Shown here in pieces: positions 16,939 to 27,072 of a stretch of DNA of 64,000 bases (position 1 is the stretch's first letter; each line of letters opens with the position of its first letter). Source of the DNA: Alphaproteobacteria bacterium. GTDB taxonomy: Bacteria; Pseudomonadota; Alphaproteobacteria; UBA9219. The position numbers and the translations under genes are program-made. The stretch covers positions 11,526 through 75,525 of the forward strand of contig JAQUHK010000001.1 in the NCBI GenBank assembly GCA_028683655.1, written 5' to 3'. The notes under the pieces are model-generated. The model was not told where the DNA came from. It saw only the letters and a list, made by a program, of their open reading frames with translations, and did not search any database.

Positions 16939-18744
16939 TTATTGGCAAGCAAGGCATTCTTCATAGTTGGCGTTGGCCGGTTCGTGTTGAGCTTCCACGA
17001 TTGGCAGGTCTGTTGCTTTTTCGGCGCGTTGAAGCGATTTGGAGCGGCAGTAATAGAGGCTCTTCACACCCTTCTTCCACGCCAGATAGTGCAGCATGTG
17101 CAGGTCTTTCTTATGCACATCGGCGGGCAGGAACAGGTTGAGGCTTTGAGACTGACAAATGAACGGCGTTCTGTCTGCCGCTAAATCTATGACCCAGCGT
17201 TGATCCAGCTCGAACGCCGTTTTGAACACGGCTTTCTCATCATCGGATAAGAAGGCGAGATGCTGGACAGAGCCTTCATGGATCGTGATCTCGCTCCATG
17301 TGTCTTCGTCGTTGCGTCCGTATTTTTCAAGAACGGCGGCCAGATATTTGTTGCGGACGGGGAAACTGCCTGAGAGTGTTTTGTGCAGAAAACTGTTGGC
17401 CGCAATCGGCTCAATCCCCGGACTCGCGCCGCCACAGATGATAGAGATAGAGGCCGTTGGCGCAATCGCGATCTTGTTGGAAAAACGCTCCATGATGCCG
17501 TACTCGGCGGCATCGGGGCACGCGCCGCGCTCATGCGCTAGCTCGCGAGACGCTTCGTCGGCTTGCTGTTTGATGTGCTGGAACATGCGCTTGTTCCAGA
17601 CCTTCGCCATCACGCTTTCAAACGGGATGTGCTGGCTTTGCAGGAAGGAGTGAAAGCCCATGACCCCAAGGCCTACGGATCGCTCACGCATCGCGGCATA
17701 TTTCGCGCGTGCCATGCTGTCGGGGGCGCGGCGGATAAAGTCGGACAGGACGTTGTCAAGGAAGCGCAGGCAATCTTCGATAAAGGTCGGGTGAGTCTCC
17801 CACTCCTTGAACTTCTCAAGATTGAGCGAGGAGAGACAGCAAACCGCTGTGCGCTCGCCGCCATCTTTATCTTCACCTGTCGGCAGCGTGATCTCGCAGC
17901 ACAGGTTGGACATTTTGACATTCAGGCCCGCCAGCTTGTGATGCTCTGGCACCGCGCGGTTGACGGTGTCGATGAAAAGAAGATAGGGCTCGCCCGTTTC
18001 GATGCGGGCGGTCAGCAGGCGAATCCACAAATTACGCGCACTCACCTTGCTGATGACTGCGCTATCCTTGGGGGAGGTGAGGGCCCATTCCTCATCGTTT
18101 TCCACGGCGCGCATAAAGGCATCGGTGATAACGACGCCGTGGTGCAGGTTCAGTGCCTTGCGGTTGATGTCACCGCCGGTTGGCCGCCGCAGCTCGATAA
18201 ACTCTTCGATTTCGGGATGGCTGACGGGCAGATAGCAAGCGGATGAGCCGCGCCGCAAGCTGCCTTGGCTGATCGCCAGCGTCAGGCTGTCCTGTACGCG
18301 GATAAAGGGCACGATGCCAGAGGTCTTGCCGCTGCGGCCCACATCCTCGCCAATGGAGCGCAGGTTGCCCCAATACGATCCAATGCCGCCGCCCAGCGAC
18401 GCGAGCCACACATTCTCGTTCCACAGATCGACGATGCCCTGCAAGCTGTCGCCGCATTCGTTCAGAAAGCAGGAGATGGGCAGGCCTCGCTTTGCGCCGC
18501 CGTTGCTGAGCACCGGTGTGGCGGGCATGAACCACAGATGGCTGATATAATCATACATGCGCTGCGCGTGATCCGAATCATCCGCAAAAGTCATGGCGAC
18601 GCGTGCGAACATATCTTGTGGTTCTTCGTCGGGAAGGAGATAGCGATCTTTCAACGTCTCGATACCGAATTTCGTCAGGAGGCCGTCGCGCGTGCGCTCG
18701 AGGGTCAGCTCGGTGCCATTTTCGACTTGCATCAGATTGAACAT
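16939..18744 (-). CDS. nrdA: ribonucleotide reductase class I alpha subunit (short form without N-terminal ATP-cone)
   Basis: Catalytic-core motifs present (..NLCCEI.., C-terminal Cys pair CLACQ). 601 aa. Confidence 0.85.
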   Translation of the reverse strand: MFNLMQVENGTELTLERTRDGLLTKFGIETLKDRYLLPDEEPQDMFARVAMTFADDSDHAQRMYDYISHLWFMPATPVLSNGGAKRGLPISCFLNECGDSLQGIVDLWNENVWLASLGGGIGSYWGNLRSIGEDVGRSGKTSGIVPFIRVQDSLTLAISQGSLRRGSSACYLPVSHPEIEEFIELRRPTGGDINRKALNLHHGVVITDAFMRAVENDEEWALTSPKDSAVISKVSARNLWIRLLTARIETGEPYLLFIDTVNRAVPEHHKLAGLNVKMSNLCCEITLPTGEDKDGGERTAVCCLSSLNLEKFKEWETHPTFIEDCLRFLDNVLSDFIRRAPDSMARAKYAAMRERSVGLGVMGFHSFLQSQHIPFESVMAKVWNKRMFQHIKQQADEASRELAHERGACPDAAEYGIMERFSNKIAIAPTASISIICGGASPGIEPIAANSFLHKTLSGSFPVRNKYLAAVLEKYGRNDEDTWSEITIHEGSVQHLAFLSDDEKAVFKTAFELDQRWVIDLAADRTPFICQSQSLNLFLPADVHKKDLHMLHYLAWKKGVKSLYYCRSKSLQRAEKATDLPIVEAQHEPANANYEECLACQ

Positions 18745-19039
18745 GGAAGAGGATTCCTTATCAGGCGACTAAATGTGGTGTTTAGAATGATTACAATATG
18801 CTATATCTTGCCGTCTGTCACGAAAGAAAGACTTCCGAAACGGAGGGCGGTTAAAGGGGCAACCCGCTTGTTCTTCAACGTAAAACAGGCGCTTTAGTTT
18901 CGGGACATATCATTTCTTTCTTTGCCCACCTGTCCTTGCTTTGGCAGGAATGAGGCGAAAAATCTTTCAAAAGAGCATAATTTTGACATGCTGATCGTGT
19001 TTGATAACAGCATCAATCCCCATCTAAGGAGGAGACCCC

Positions 19040-19615
19040 ATGAAAAAGAAAAACCTTATCTTAGCTTCCGCGCTTTTGTCCGTTTTGCTGGTGTCGGGTC
19101 TGGCTCAGGCCAAGACGACCGAGGCAACCACAACAGCAACAGCGGCGGCAACGACCAAGACGGCCCAAACGATGCCTGTCAAGAAGGGAATGGGGGCTGG
19201 CCTCGGGTTGTCCGAAGCCGGTCAAAAGCTTATGCATGACTCGATGACAAAGCAGCATGAAGAAAACAAGGCAACCTTTGAGGCCTTGATGGCTAAGCAA
19301 AAGGAGCTGGACGCAATCTTGAAGGCACCTACCTTCGACAAGGACTCATTCCTTGCCAAGGATGCGGAGATTCAGGCGTTGAGCCAGAAGATGATGCGTG
19401 CGCGTAGTGAATCCTTTGCCGAGATTGCGTCCCAGATGACACCGGAAGACCGGGCGAAGCTGGCCGAAAGTCGTGGCCCGCATTTTCGTATGGACGGTAT
19501 GGGCCCTCATGGCAAAGGGATGATGAAAAAGGGCATGGGATGCACCGATCCTGACGATTGCCCGATGAAAGGTAAGGGACTGGCCCCCGAGGCCGTTCCT
19601 GAAAAGGCTGAATAA
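19040..19615 (+). CDS. periplasmic Spy/CpxP-family-like protein
   Basis: Signal peptide. Helical with LTxxQ-like motifs (MTKQHEEN, MTPEDRAKL). Gly/Met/Lys-rich C-terminus. A good RBS (aggagg) precedes the ATG. Confidence 0.45.
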   Translation: MKKKNLILASALLSVLLVSGLAQAKTTEATTTATAAATTKTAQTMPVKKGMGAGLGLSEAGQKLMHDSMTKQHEENKATFEALMAKQKELDAILKAPTFDKDSFLAKDAEIQALSQKMMRARSESFAEIASQMTPEDRAKLAESRGPHFRMDGMGPHGKGMMKKGMGCTDPDDCPMKGKGLAPEAVPEKAE

Positions 19616-19705
19616 GCCGTAAAGTGTAAGGGGAGGGCAGGACCGCCGGGTTTGTGCCCTCCTCTCGACTTCCACAGTTTTGCCCCCTTTATTGGAGGTT
19701 CCGTC

Positions 19706-20152
19706 ATGACAAAAGTTTCTTCTTTCCTTTTTGCGCTTGTGGCGTTCAGCTTTTTGCTGGGGGCGATGCCTGCCAAAGCGGATACGGATATCTATGTCTC
19801 GCTTAATTCTCCTTATCACGCGCGCGGTCGCCATGATCATGGCCCACGCTATCATCATCGCCGCGATTGGCGTCCAGAGCCGATTTATTATGCGCCTGCC
19901 TACAGGCCGATGCCCCCGCGTTATATGCCGCCGATGAGGACCGTTGTCTATGAAACGACGGTTGTGCGGCCCCAAACGCAATATGTTGTGCCAGCCAGCA
20001 TGATGGCCTCGCAAACATCGCCAACCTATATGAGTGCTGCTGGCCAGACGTGCCGCGAATATACGACGCAGAGCTGGATCGGCAACGATTTGCAAAATGT
20101 TTATGGGACCGCCTGTCTGCAATCTGATGGCGCATGGCGGATTGTCGATTGA
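19706..20152 (+). CDS. secreted hypothetical protein with conserved C-terminal Cys pair (CREYTT...YGTACLQSDGAWRIV)
   Basis: Signal peptide from MTKVSSFLFALVAFSFLLGAMPAKA. Pro/Tyr/Arg-rich middle region. Confidence 0.45.
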   Translation: MTKVSSFLFALVAFSFLLGAMPAKADTDIYVSLNSPYHARGRHDHGPRYHHRRDWRPEPIYYAPAYRPMPPRYMPPMRTVVYETTVVRPQTQYVVPASMMASQTSPTYMSAAGQTCREYTTQSWIGNDLQNVYGTACLQSDGAWRIVD

Positions 20153-20715
20153 GCGTGAGCGAGGAAAAGCAAGCCCTGCGTCGGGAGCTGCGCCAGAAAA
20201 GAGCGGCTGCCACGTCGCTTGAGGCGGCACAAAGGCTGGCCGCTGTTTTTGATAAGGGCCTGTCCCTGCCGCCCGAAGCGTTGGTCGCGGGTTATAGTGC
20301 CGTTGGTGACGAGATAGACCCCCGTCCGTTGATGGAGAGCCTCACCCAGCGCGGTCACAGGCTCTGCCTGCCCTGCACAACACCGGACGGCGAGGCTTTG
20401 TCTTTTCGTGCTTACGGATTAAAGGACATGCTGCGGATCGGCGCGTGGTTGATCCCCGAGCCGATGCCCGATGCGCCGCTTGTTGTGCCCGATGTTCTGT
20501 TGGTCCCTTTACTGGGCTTTGACCGAGAGGGCTATCGTCTGGGGCAGGGCGGAGGCTATTACGATCGCACGCTGGCCGCCTTGCGCAAGCAAGGAGGCTG
20601 TCTATCTGTCGGGCTAGCCTACGCGGCGCAGGAGGTTGAGGTGCTTCCTGTCGAAGCGCACGATGCTAAACTTGATGCTGTCGTGACAGAGGCTCGGTTA
20701 ATCCTTTTTCCGTAA
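20134..20715 (+). CDS. 5-formyltetrahydrofolate cyclo-ligase
   Basis: GYRLGQGGGYYDRTL motif and overall MTHFS-like layout. The exact start is uncertain. Confidence 0.7.
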   Translation: MADCRLSVSEEKQALRRELRQKRAAATSLEAAQRLAAVFDKGLSLPPEALVAGYSAVGDEIDPRPLMESLTQRGHRLCLPCTTPDGEALSFRAYGLKDMLRIGAWLIPEPMPDAPLVVPDVLLVPLLGFDREGYRLGQGGGYYDRTLAALRKQGGCLSVGLAYAAQEVEVLPVEAHDAKLDAVVTEARLILFP

Positions 20716-21209
20716 GGCGCGTTGGGTTCGAAGAGGGGGCTGGGCTAGCGGCTCGCCCGCCTTTTCTGCCTTCGGTTTCTGCCTCGTTTTTGATTTGGAA
20801 AAAGTCATTTAGAATCAACGAATCAAGGCTAAAAAGGGCTCTGTGACGCACGGGAGGGCGTCTTGGGTACGCTCGAGGGGCTGTTCGGGAGTCTTTTTGG
20901 CCTAACCCATTGATCTGTAACAGCTTTCTTGAAATCGAGAGTAACGGGCAACCCCTTGATCTAAAACGATTTCTTCAAATCACCTTTTACGGAGAGATAA
21001 AATCGACGAAGTTGGCGTCCAGCGTCTTCCGCTCCTTTCCCCCTTCTGATTTTGGTGCTGATGGAACCTGCCTCGAAACAAAGCGAGTCGTAACGGCAAC
21101 ACTTTGTGAAATGGTTAGCAAAGCGTTAATCAAACGGTTGCGGCGTGAATCCCTGACTCTTACGCTGGCCATGGTGATTCGTTTTCGGTTACGGTCGGTT
21201 TCGGGGATT

Positions 21210-21704
21210 ATGGCAACGCAACCTCTTTTGGTTTTGTTTCTTTCGACGGGGAATGCTTCGCGCAGCCTCGTCGCTGAAGCCTTGCTCAATGCCCGCCAAA
21301 GCGGCTTGTACAGGGCGCGGAGCGCGGGGATATCGCCAGCTGCGACCGTGGATCCAGAGACCGTTGCCTTGCTGCAATATAACGGCTTTGACGTTGCCAA
21401 ACTCCATCCCAAGAAAGTGCAGGATTTTTACGCTGCCGCTTCTTATGTCAAAGTCGATGTCATTATCACATTGTCGGAAGAGGCCCGTTCCTTGTGTCCC
21501 GTCGATTGGCCGGGCGATCCAGTGCGTGTGCACTGGGATGTTGACAATCCGCTGGGGGCTGTGCGGCCCGATCAGCGTGAGTGGAAGTTGCGCAAGCTCT
21601 ACACAACACTGGAGGCGCGTATCGATATGCTTATGCGCTATCGTCCGGCTGGTTCACCGATGGAAACGCTGTTGATGCTCAAGGATATCGGGATGGTCGT
21701 TTAA
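21210..21704 (+). CDS. low-molecular-weight phosphotyrosine phosphatase / ArsC-like protein with catalytic Cys replaced (STGNASRS instead of CTGNxCRS)
   Basis: LMW-PTP fold signature VLFLSTGNASRSLVAEALL...DVIITL. The start is taken at ATG 21210; the ORF frame extends back to 20910. Confidence 0.55.
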   Translation: MATQPLLVLFLSTGNASRSLVAEALLNARQSGLYRARSAGISPAATVDPETVALLQYNGFDVAKLHPKKVQDFYAAASYVKVDVIITLSEEARSLCPVDWPGDPVRVHWDVDNPLGAVRPDQREWKLRKLYTTLEARIDMLMRYRPAGSPMETLLMLKDIGMVV

Positions 21705-21713
21705 GACGAGGCT

Positions 21714-22688
21714 TTAGCCCTGGCCGTGCATGATAGCCGAAACCTTGAGAGCGGCTGGTCCAATCAGAACGATAAACAACGGCGGCAAGATAAACAGGAT
21801 CATCGGGATGGTCATGATCGCGGGCAACGCGGCGGCTTTTTCTTCGGCCTTCATCATGCGGTCATTACGCATTTCACCGCCCAAGGTACGCAGTGCGGCG
21901 GCCAGTGGTGTACCGTATTTCTCGGTCTGGATCAGCGTATTGACCAAGGCCGTCACGCTAGGCAGGGGAACGCGGTCGGACAGGCCGCGCAGGGCCTTGT
22001 GACGTTCGGGAAGAAAGTTCAATTCAACGCCCGTCAGGCCCATTTCTTCCGCCAACTCGGCGCAGGTTGGCGCGATTTCGCGGCTGACGCGGTCAAAAGT
22101 GGCATCGAGGCCCAGACCGGCCTCGGCGCAGATAACCATCAGGTCGAGCGCGTCCGGCATGGCTTTGCGGAGGACTTCTTCGCGTTTCTGGCTCATGTTT
22201 TTAAGGAACATGTCAGGGAACATCCATCCGGCAGCCGTGGCAAGCAGGGGGGCCAGAAGGAGGAACATAGGGTCCATATCGACAACCTTGACAACAAGGA
22301 AGAAAAACACGGACGTGGCAGCAAAGCCGATCATGCAGGCGAGTTTGGCGAACAAAAAGACGAACATCGAGTCGCGGGAGTGATAGCCCGCCCGTCGCAG
22401 CTTCAGGCGTAGCTCGTCCATGCTTCGACCCTGAGCGAGTTTGAAGCGTTCAACGATCTGTTTGATGAGGCTGATTTTCTGGATTTGGGAACGGCGCGAG
22501 TTCTTCTTTTTGGTTGTAATCGATTCAAGGCTGTCCCGATGTTGGGTAACGGCTTTCAGTCGATCGGCGGCAGGCCCGCGATCAATAAAGGTAACCCACA
22601 ACAACACGACGACGGCCGACGCCACGATTCCGCACAAAGTTGAGAGGAAGTTGATGTTGTGGGTGAGGGAGTCGATGTCATCAAACAT
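21714..22688 (-). CDS. tadC: Flp pilus assembly protein TadC (T2SS-F family inner-membrane protein)
   Basis: GspF-like TM topology, in the tad operon. Confidence 0.8.
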   Translation of the reverse strand: MFDDIDSLTHNINFLSTLCGIVASAVVVLLWVTFIDRGPAADRLKAVTQHRDSLESITTKKKNSRRSQIQKISLIKQIVERFKLAQGRSMDELRLKLRRAGYHSRDSMFVFLFAKLACMIGFAATSVFFFLVVKVVDMDPMFLLLAPLLATAAGWMFPDMFLKNMSQKREEVLRKAMPDALDLMVICAEAGLGLDATFDRVSREIAPTCAELAEEMGLTGVELNFLPERHKALRGLSDRVPLPSVTALVNTLIQTEKYGTPLAAALRTLGGEMRNDRMMKAEEKAAALPAIMTIPMILFILPPLFIVLIGPAALKVSAIMHGQG

Positions 22689-22690
22689 GG

Positions 22691-23680
22691 CTAAATCTCG
22701 AAATTGACCATTTGGCGCATAACAAGGACGCCCATGCTAAGCCATGTCAAGCCGCCAGCCAGAAGCATGCGTCCGCCTGAGGTGTTAAAGAGAGTCATGA
22801 CATAGTCTGGATTGACGAACATCAACATGGTGAACATCAGGAATGGCAACGAGCCGATAATCATGGCCGAAGAGCGCGCTTCGGAAGACATGGCCTTAAT
22901 CTTCAGCTTAAGCTGGCGGCGTTTGCGGAGCAGATCGGCCAGATTACCCAGCGTTTCTGCCAGATTACCGCCTGTTTCACGCTGAATGGCGAGCGCAATA
23001 ATGAAGAAGCGATATTCCGGTGTATCCAGTCGCGGAGCCACTTCCCACATGGCTTCTTCGATCGAGCGGCCCATTTTGACACCGTCGCTGATGCGGGTGA
23101 ACTCGATCCCGATCGGATCCGGTAATTCGCGCCCCACTGTCGCGACCGTTTCGGTAATCGGAAGGCCAGAGCGAAGACCACGGCAAATGGTATCAATCGC
23201 TTCAGGGAATCCTTCGTTGAACTTTTTTAGGCGGCGTTTGATCATGCTTCCCGTGACCATATGGGGAAAAAGCAGGCCGATGGCAATGGCCGCCGAAGTG
23301 GCGATAGGGCGGGGCCACATAATGATGAAGGCAAAAACAAAGAAAAGCGTGCCGACAAGGGCCGTGTTGACCATCAGGTATTCGCCCAGACCGATGTTTC
23401 TTCCCGTGCAAGCCAGCCTGTGGCGCAATTTTTGGGGATTGGGCAAAAATGTCTTGATCAGGAAGTTCAGCGCGACAAAGTTACTGTCTTTTGTTTCTTT
23501 GAGAAGCTTGGCCTGTTCCTGACCCTTCTTTTTCTGTTTGCGCACGGGCGCGCCGCCAACCCGCTCAATACGCTTTTTTATAAGGGTGTCGTGTTCGCCG
23601 CCAGAAAAGGCGATGACGGCGATCAAAATCATGAAGAGACCGCCACCAAGAATAAGAATCAGCTGCGGGTTCAAGGACAT
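22691..23680 (-). CDS. tadB: Flp pilus assembly protein TadB (T2SS-F family)
   Basis: GspF-like protein, in the tad operon. Confidence 0.8.
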   Translation of the reverse strand: MSLNPQLILILGGGLFMILIAVIAFSGGEHDTLIKKRIERVGGAPVRKQKKKGQEQAKLLKETKDSNFVALNFLIKTFLPNPQKLRHRLACTGRNIGLGEYLMVNTALVGTLFFVFAFIIMWPRPIATSAAIAIGLLFPHMVTGSMIKRRLKKFNEGFPEAIDTICRGLRSGLPITETVATVGRELPDPIGIEFTRISDGVKMGRSIEEAMWEVAPRLDTPEYRFFIIALAIQRETGGNLAETLGNLADLLRKRRQLKLKIKAMSSEARSSAMIIGSLPFLMFTMLMFVNPDYVMTLFNTSGGRMLLAGGLTWLSMGVLVMRQMVNFEI

Positions 23681-25389
23681 GCTATGGCCTCCATCAGCTC
23701 TTTTTCAAGGCCGAAATAGGCGGCTTTAGGCAAGCAGTGGGGACGCAAGCCGTTATTCCTGAACTCGACCGTCAGGCGACCATCGGGCAACTCGCCCGTC
23801 ACATCGCAAATAAACAAGTCTTGCAAGGAGATAACATCACCTTCCATGCCCGTGATTTCGGAAATATAGGTCACGCGGCGTGAACCGTCGCGCATGCGGC
23901 TGACCTGAATGATCATATCGACAGCCGAAGCAATTTGCTGGTGAATGGCGCGTGGGGCCAGATTGGCACCACCAAGACCGACCATGTTCTCCAAGCGCAT
24001 AATCGCTTCGCGCGGACGGTTGGCGTGGACGGTGGAAAGGGAACCATCATGGCCTGTATTCATAGCCTGAAGCATGTCGATGGCTTCACCACCACGCGTT
24101 TCACCGACGATGATACGGTCAGGGCGCATACGCAACGCGTTTTTAAGCAGATCGCGCATTGTGATTTCGCCAGCCCCCTCAAGGTTAGGGGGGCGGGTTT
24201 CAAGACGGACGATGTGCGGCTGTTGCAGTTGCAATTCGGCAGCATCTTCGATGGTGACAATACGTTCGCCGTGATCGATAGTCTGTGACAACGCGTTGAG
24301 CAGGGTGGTTTTACCCGAACCCGTACCACCGGAAATCAAGATGTTAAGGCGGCACCGGCCCGCAATGCGCAGAACGCGCGCCATTTGTGGCGAAATACTC
24401 TCAAACTTCACCATCGTATCGAGCGTAATCTTCTTTTTGGAGAATTTACGAATGGTGATTGAGGGGCCGTCGATGGCCAGAGGCGGAACGATGATGTTAA
24501 CGCGGCTGCCGTCCATAAGACGCGCATCGCAAAGCGGCGAACTTTCGTCGATGCGACGACCGATGGCCGTCACGATGCGGGTTGCGATCGACATGACGTG
24601 AGCATTGTCGCGGAATTTGACATCGGTGATTGAAAGCTTGCCGCGGCTTTCGCAGTAAACCTGTTTGGGACCGTTGACCATGATTTCCGAAATGTTTTCG
24701 TCGGCCAAAAGGGGCTCAAGCGGACCAAGTCCCAGCATATCGTTCAAAAGCTGTTCGACAAGATCAACGCGTTCGGCGGCGTTCAATTGGATCTTTGTTT
24801 CGAAAAGCAGTTCGCCGACAATACCCTTTAAATCGCGGGCAAGGTCTTCTCGCGCCATATGAACGGCGGCGGATGTATCGATACGTTCCAGCACCATCGG
24901 CTGGAGTTTGATCTTTGCCTGATCCACACTGGCGCGGCTGGCCACATTAAGCGGCTTCTCGGCGGGTTTGGGCGCGGTTTCGGGTTCTCGTTCCGACTCG
25001 GCGGAGGCCCCGTTATCGGCGGGCGGTGATTCGGCGGTGACATCCATATCGGCCATCGATTGAGGGGCCGACGGTTTTTGAAGGGCTTGCAAGATGTCTG
25101 ATGCTGCCATATTGCCGGGGTCTGCGTGGGTTGAGGCCCCCAAAATGGATGTTGCCAGAATGCTGACCAGATCGCGCTGGTCCAGAAGGTTGAGTTCAAC
25201 ACCCTGACGGCGCAAGAAATCCGTCGCGTATTTTTTGACTTCGCGCACCACTTCGGGGCGCGACATGCGGGCCGCTTTTTCTTCTGTGATTTCCGTTTTC
25301 AGGCCAGGCAGGATGCGCGTGATCAAGGCAGAGATCGAGTTATCGCTCCCTGTCTCGTCAGACCCTGATTTGCCTATGGAAAAACTCAT
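23671..25389 (-). CDS. cpaF: Flp pilus assembly ATPase CpaF/TadA
   Basis: Walker [10 protein letters not shown] and secretion-ATPase motifs. Acidic/Pro-rich N-terminal extension. Confidence 0.9.
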   Translation of the reverse strand: MSFSIGKSGSDETGSDNSISALITRILPGLKTEITEEKAARMSRPEVVREVKKYATDFLRRQGVELNLLDQRDLVSILATSILGASTHADPGNMAASDILQALQKPSAPQSMADMDVTAESPPADNGASAESEREPETAPKPAEKPLNVASRASVDQAKIKLQPMVLERIDTSAAVHMAREDLARDLKGIVGELLFETKIQLNAAERVDLVEQLLNDMLGLGPLEPLLADENISEIMVNGPKQVYCESRGKLSITDVKFRDNAHVMSIATRIVTAIGRRIDESSPLCDARLMDGSRVNIIVPPLAIDGPSITIRKFSKKKITLDTMVKFESISPQMARVLRIAGRCRLNILISGGTGSGKTTLLNALSQTIDHGERIVTIEDAAELQLQQPHIVRLETRPPNLEGAGEITMRDLLKNALRMRPDRIIVGETRGGEAIDMLQAMNTGHDGSLSTVHANRPREAIMRLENMVGLGGANLAPRAIHQQIASAVDMIIQVSRMRDGSRRVTYISEITGMEGDVISLQDLFICDVTGELPDGRLTVEFRNNGLRPHCLPKAAYFGLEKELMEAIACP

Positions 25390-26609
25390 TTTTTAGACGC
25401 TCCCTTAACAAACACCTTGAACAGAAGGGCCATCAGGCTGCTGTTTGATTTCTTGTTCTTCTTTGGGTTCGCTTCGTCTCCGTTTGAGCCCATAAGATGT
25501 TCCGCCAGTTTGTGGATGGCAAGGGTTACCGGCGAAGAGGGGGCGATGGCGTCAAGCATTTTACCGCTGTTGCTTGAGGCAACCATGGCTTTATGATCGT
25601 CGGGAACGATGAAGTCGAGCGAGGCCTGTGTGCCTTTGGTAAAGGTTTGCTCGTCAACGGCTGCCGGGCGAGTCGGGCCTATTTTCGTTGCAACCTGGGT
25701 GACGCGTGCCGTAATGCCCAAGTTCTTGAGCGTCGAGCGAATGCGCAAAGTATCGCGAATGCCGACAAGCGACATCTCGGTGACCAGAACGATTTCCTGT
25801 GCCGTTGCCAAAAGGCGTTTTTGTGTAGGCAGCAGGTATTTCGGCATATCGATGATGATAGCCTGATGCGTGATGCGCATTTCTTTCAGGAGAGCCATGA
25901 TGGCTGTCGGGTCGATATGAACGATTTCATCAAGCGGTTCTTCGGCGCTGAGGATGCCCAGCGTATCGCTTTCGGTTACAAGGGCACCTGCAATCATCAG
26001 GCCGTCGACGCGCTGGGGCGAACTGAGAACGTCCCTGAGCCCATGGCCCGGTTCAATATCCATCGCCAGTGCGCTGGTTCCGTATTGAAGGTCCAGGTCG
26101 AGAAGGGCGCATTTAATCTTACTTCGGTGGGATAGTGTCCAGGCTAGATTGGTGGCAAGAGCACTTGCGCCCACGCCGCCGCGCACACCGATAAAGATGA
26201 TGTTTTTTGAATCCTTGATTTCTCCGCCCGTGGTGCTCGTGCCCCGCGTTGCGGCCAAAAGGGTCTGGGTCAATGCTTCAGGGGTGATGGGTTTGACCAG
26301 ATAGTCGGCCATACCCGCCCCAAGCATGCCGCGGAAGAGGGTGACATCGTTGGCCGATCCCATGGCAACAAGGCGGCAAGACGGTCCGCAAAGGCTGACG
26401 AGACGGGCGGCAAGCTGAACGGGTTGTTCTTGTTTGTCAAAATCGACGAGGGCGAACTTTGGCGGCGCGTCGAAATCAAGCATCGACGTGAACAACTCCG
26501 GCCCCCCGCTTTGCACGGCTTCCGCAGGAAAGCTTTGTCGATCCGCCCAAACACGAATGATGCGTGCTGTGTCGTCGTCGTTCACAAAGGCCATAAAATC
26601 GTTATGCAT
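25386..26609 (-). CDS. cpaE: pilus assembly protein CpaE (receiver-like domain + MinD/ParA-like ATPase)
   Basis: GVRGGVGAS deviant Walker A. In the operon between cpaD and cpaF. Confidence 0.8.
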   Translation of the reverse strand: MHNDFMAFVNDDDTARIIRVWADRQSFPAEAVQSGGPELFTSMLDFDAPPKFALVDFDKQEQPVQLAARLVSLCGPSCRLVAMGSANDVTLFRGMLGAGMADYLVKPITPEALTQTLLAATRGTSTTGGEIKDSKNIIFIGVRGGVGASALATNLAWTLSHRSKIKCALLDLDLQYGTSALAMDIEPGHGLRDVLSSPQRVDGLMIAGALVTESDTLGILSAEEPLDEIVHIDPTAIMALLKEMRITHQAIIIDMPKYLLPTQKRLLATAQEIVLVTEMSLVGIRDTLRIRSTLKNLGITARVTQVATKIGPTRPAAVDEQTFTKGTQASLDFIVPDDHKAMVASSNSGKMLDAIAPSSPVTLAIHKLAEHLMGSNGDEANPKKNKKSNSSLMALLFKVFVKGASKK

Positions 26610-26651
26610 TAGGTCACCTTTACGCAGAAGGGGCGTCGAAGAAAAAAGGGA

Positions 26652-27068
26652 TTACTTCGGTGTTTCTCCTGAGCCAGTCGAGTTTGAAGTAGAGGAAGGT
26701 GCTTCGGCTTTCGCGTCCATCAGTTCCTTTGTCTTACCAGCGCGATAGTCGACGATGGAAGCAGAGGAAACCACGGGATCTGGATGGCCAAGTTCCTTCG
26801 GCGTTGTCAGATCAGCAGGGTTCTCGACCTGCATAGCAAGGTTTCGGGCCATCGCACAGCCGAGCTGCGGTGATGTGCCATTGTTCCACGGATCAAGGAG
26901 CGTGTCTTGGCTGACGCATTCCGGCGGCACGGCCAAAGTCGCCTTGCCGTTGGCCGAGGGGACTAGCTTGACGCTGTAATCAGGATGAAGCGCTGGCTCT
27001 GCACAGGCCGCCAGTGTGATTGCTACGGAAAAGATGGCCAGCGTTTTTGAAAGAGCAAAGGACTTCAT
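26652..27068 (-). CDS. cpaD: pilus assembly lipoprotein CpaD
   Basis: Lipobox ITLAAC. Position between cpaC and cpaE. Confidence 0.65.
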   Translation of the reverse strand: MKSFALSKTLAIFSVAITLAACAEPALHPDYSVKLVPSANGKATLAVPPECVSQDTLLDPWNNGTSPQLGCAMARNLAMQVENPADLTTPKELGHPDPVVSSASIVDYRAGKTKELMDAKAEAPSSTSNSTGSGETPK

Positions 27069-27072
27069 GGCA

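Noticed and set aside
20910-21209. N-terminal 100-aa extension of the LMW-PTP-like ORF
   Set aside because: No conserved features. An internal ATG at 21210 gives a canonical-length LMW-PTP fold. The real start remains uncertain.
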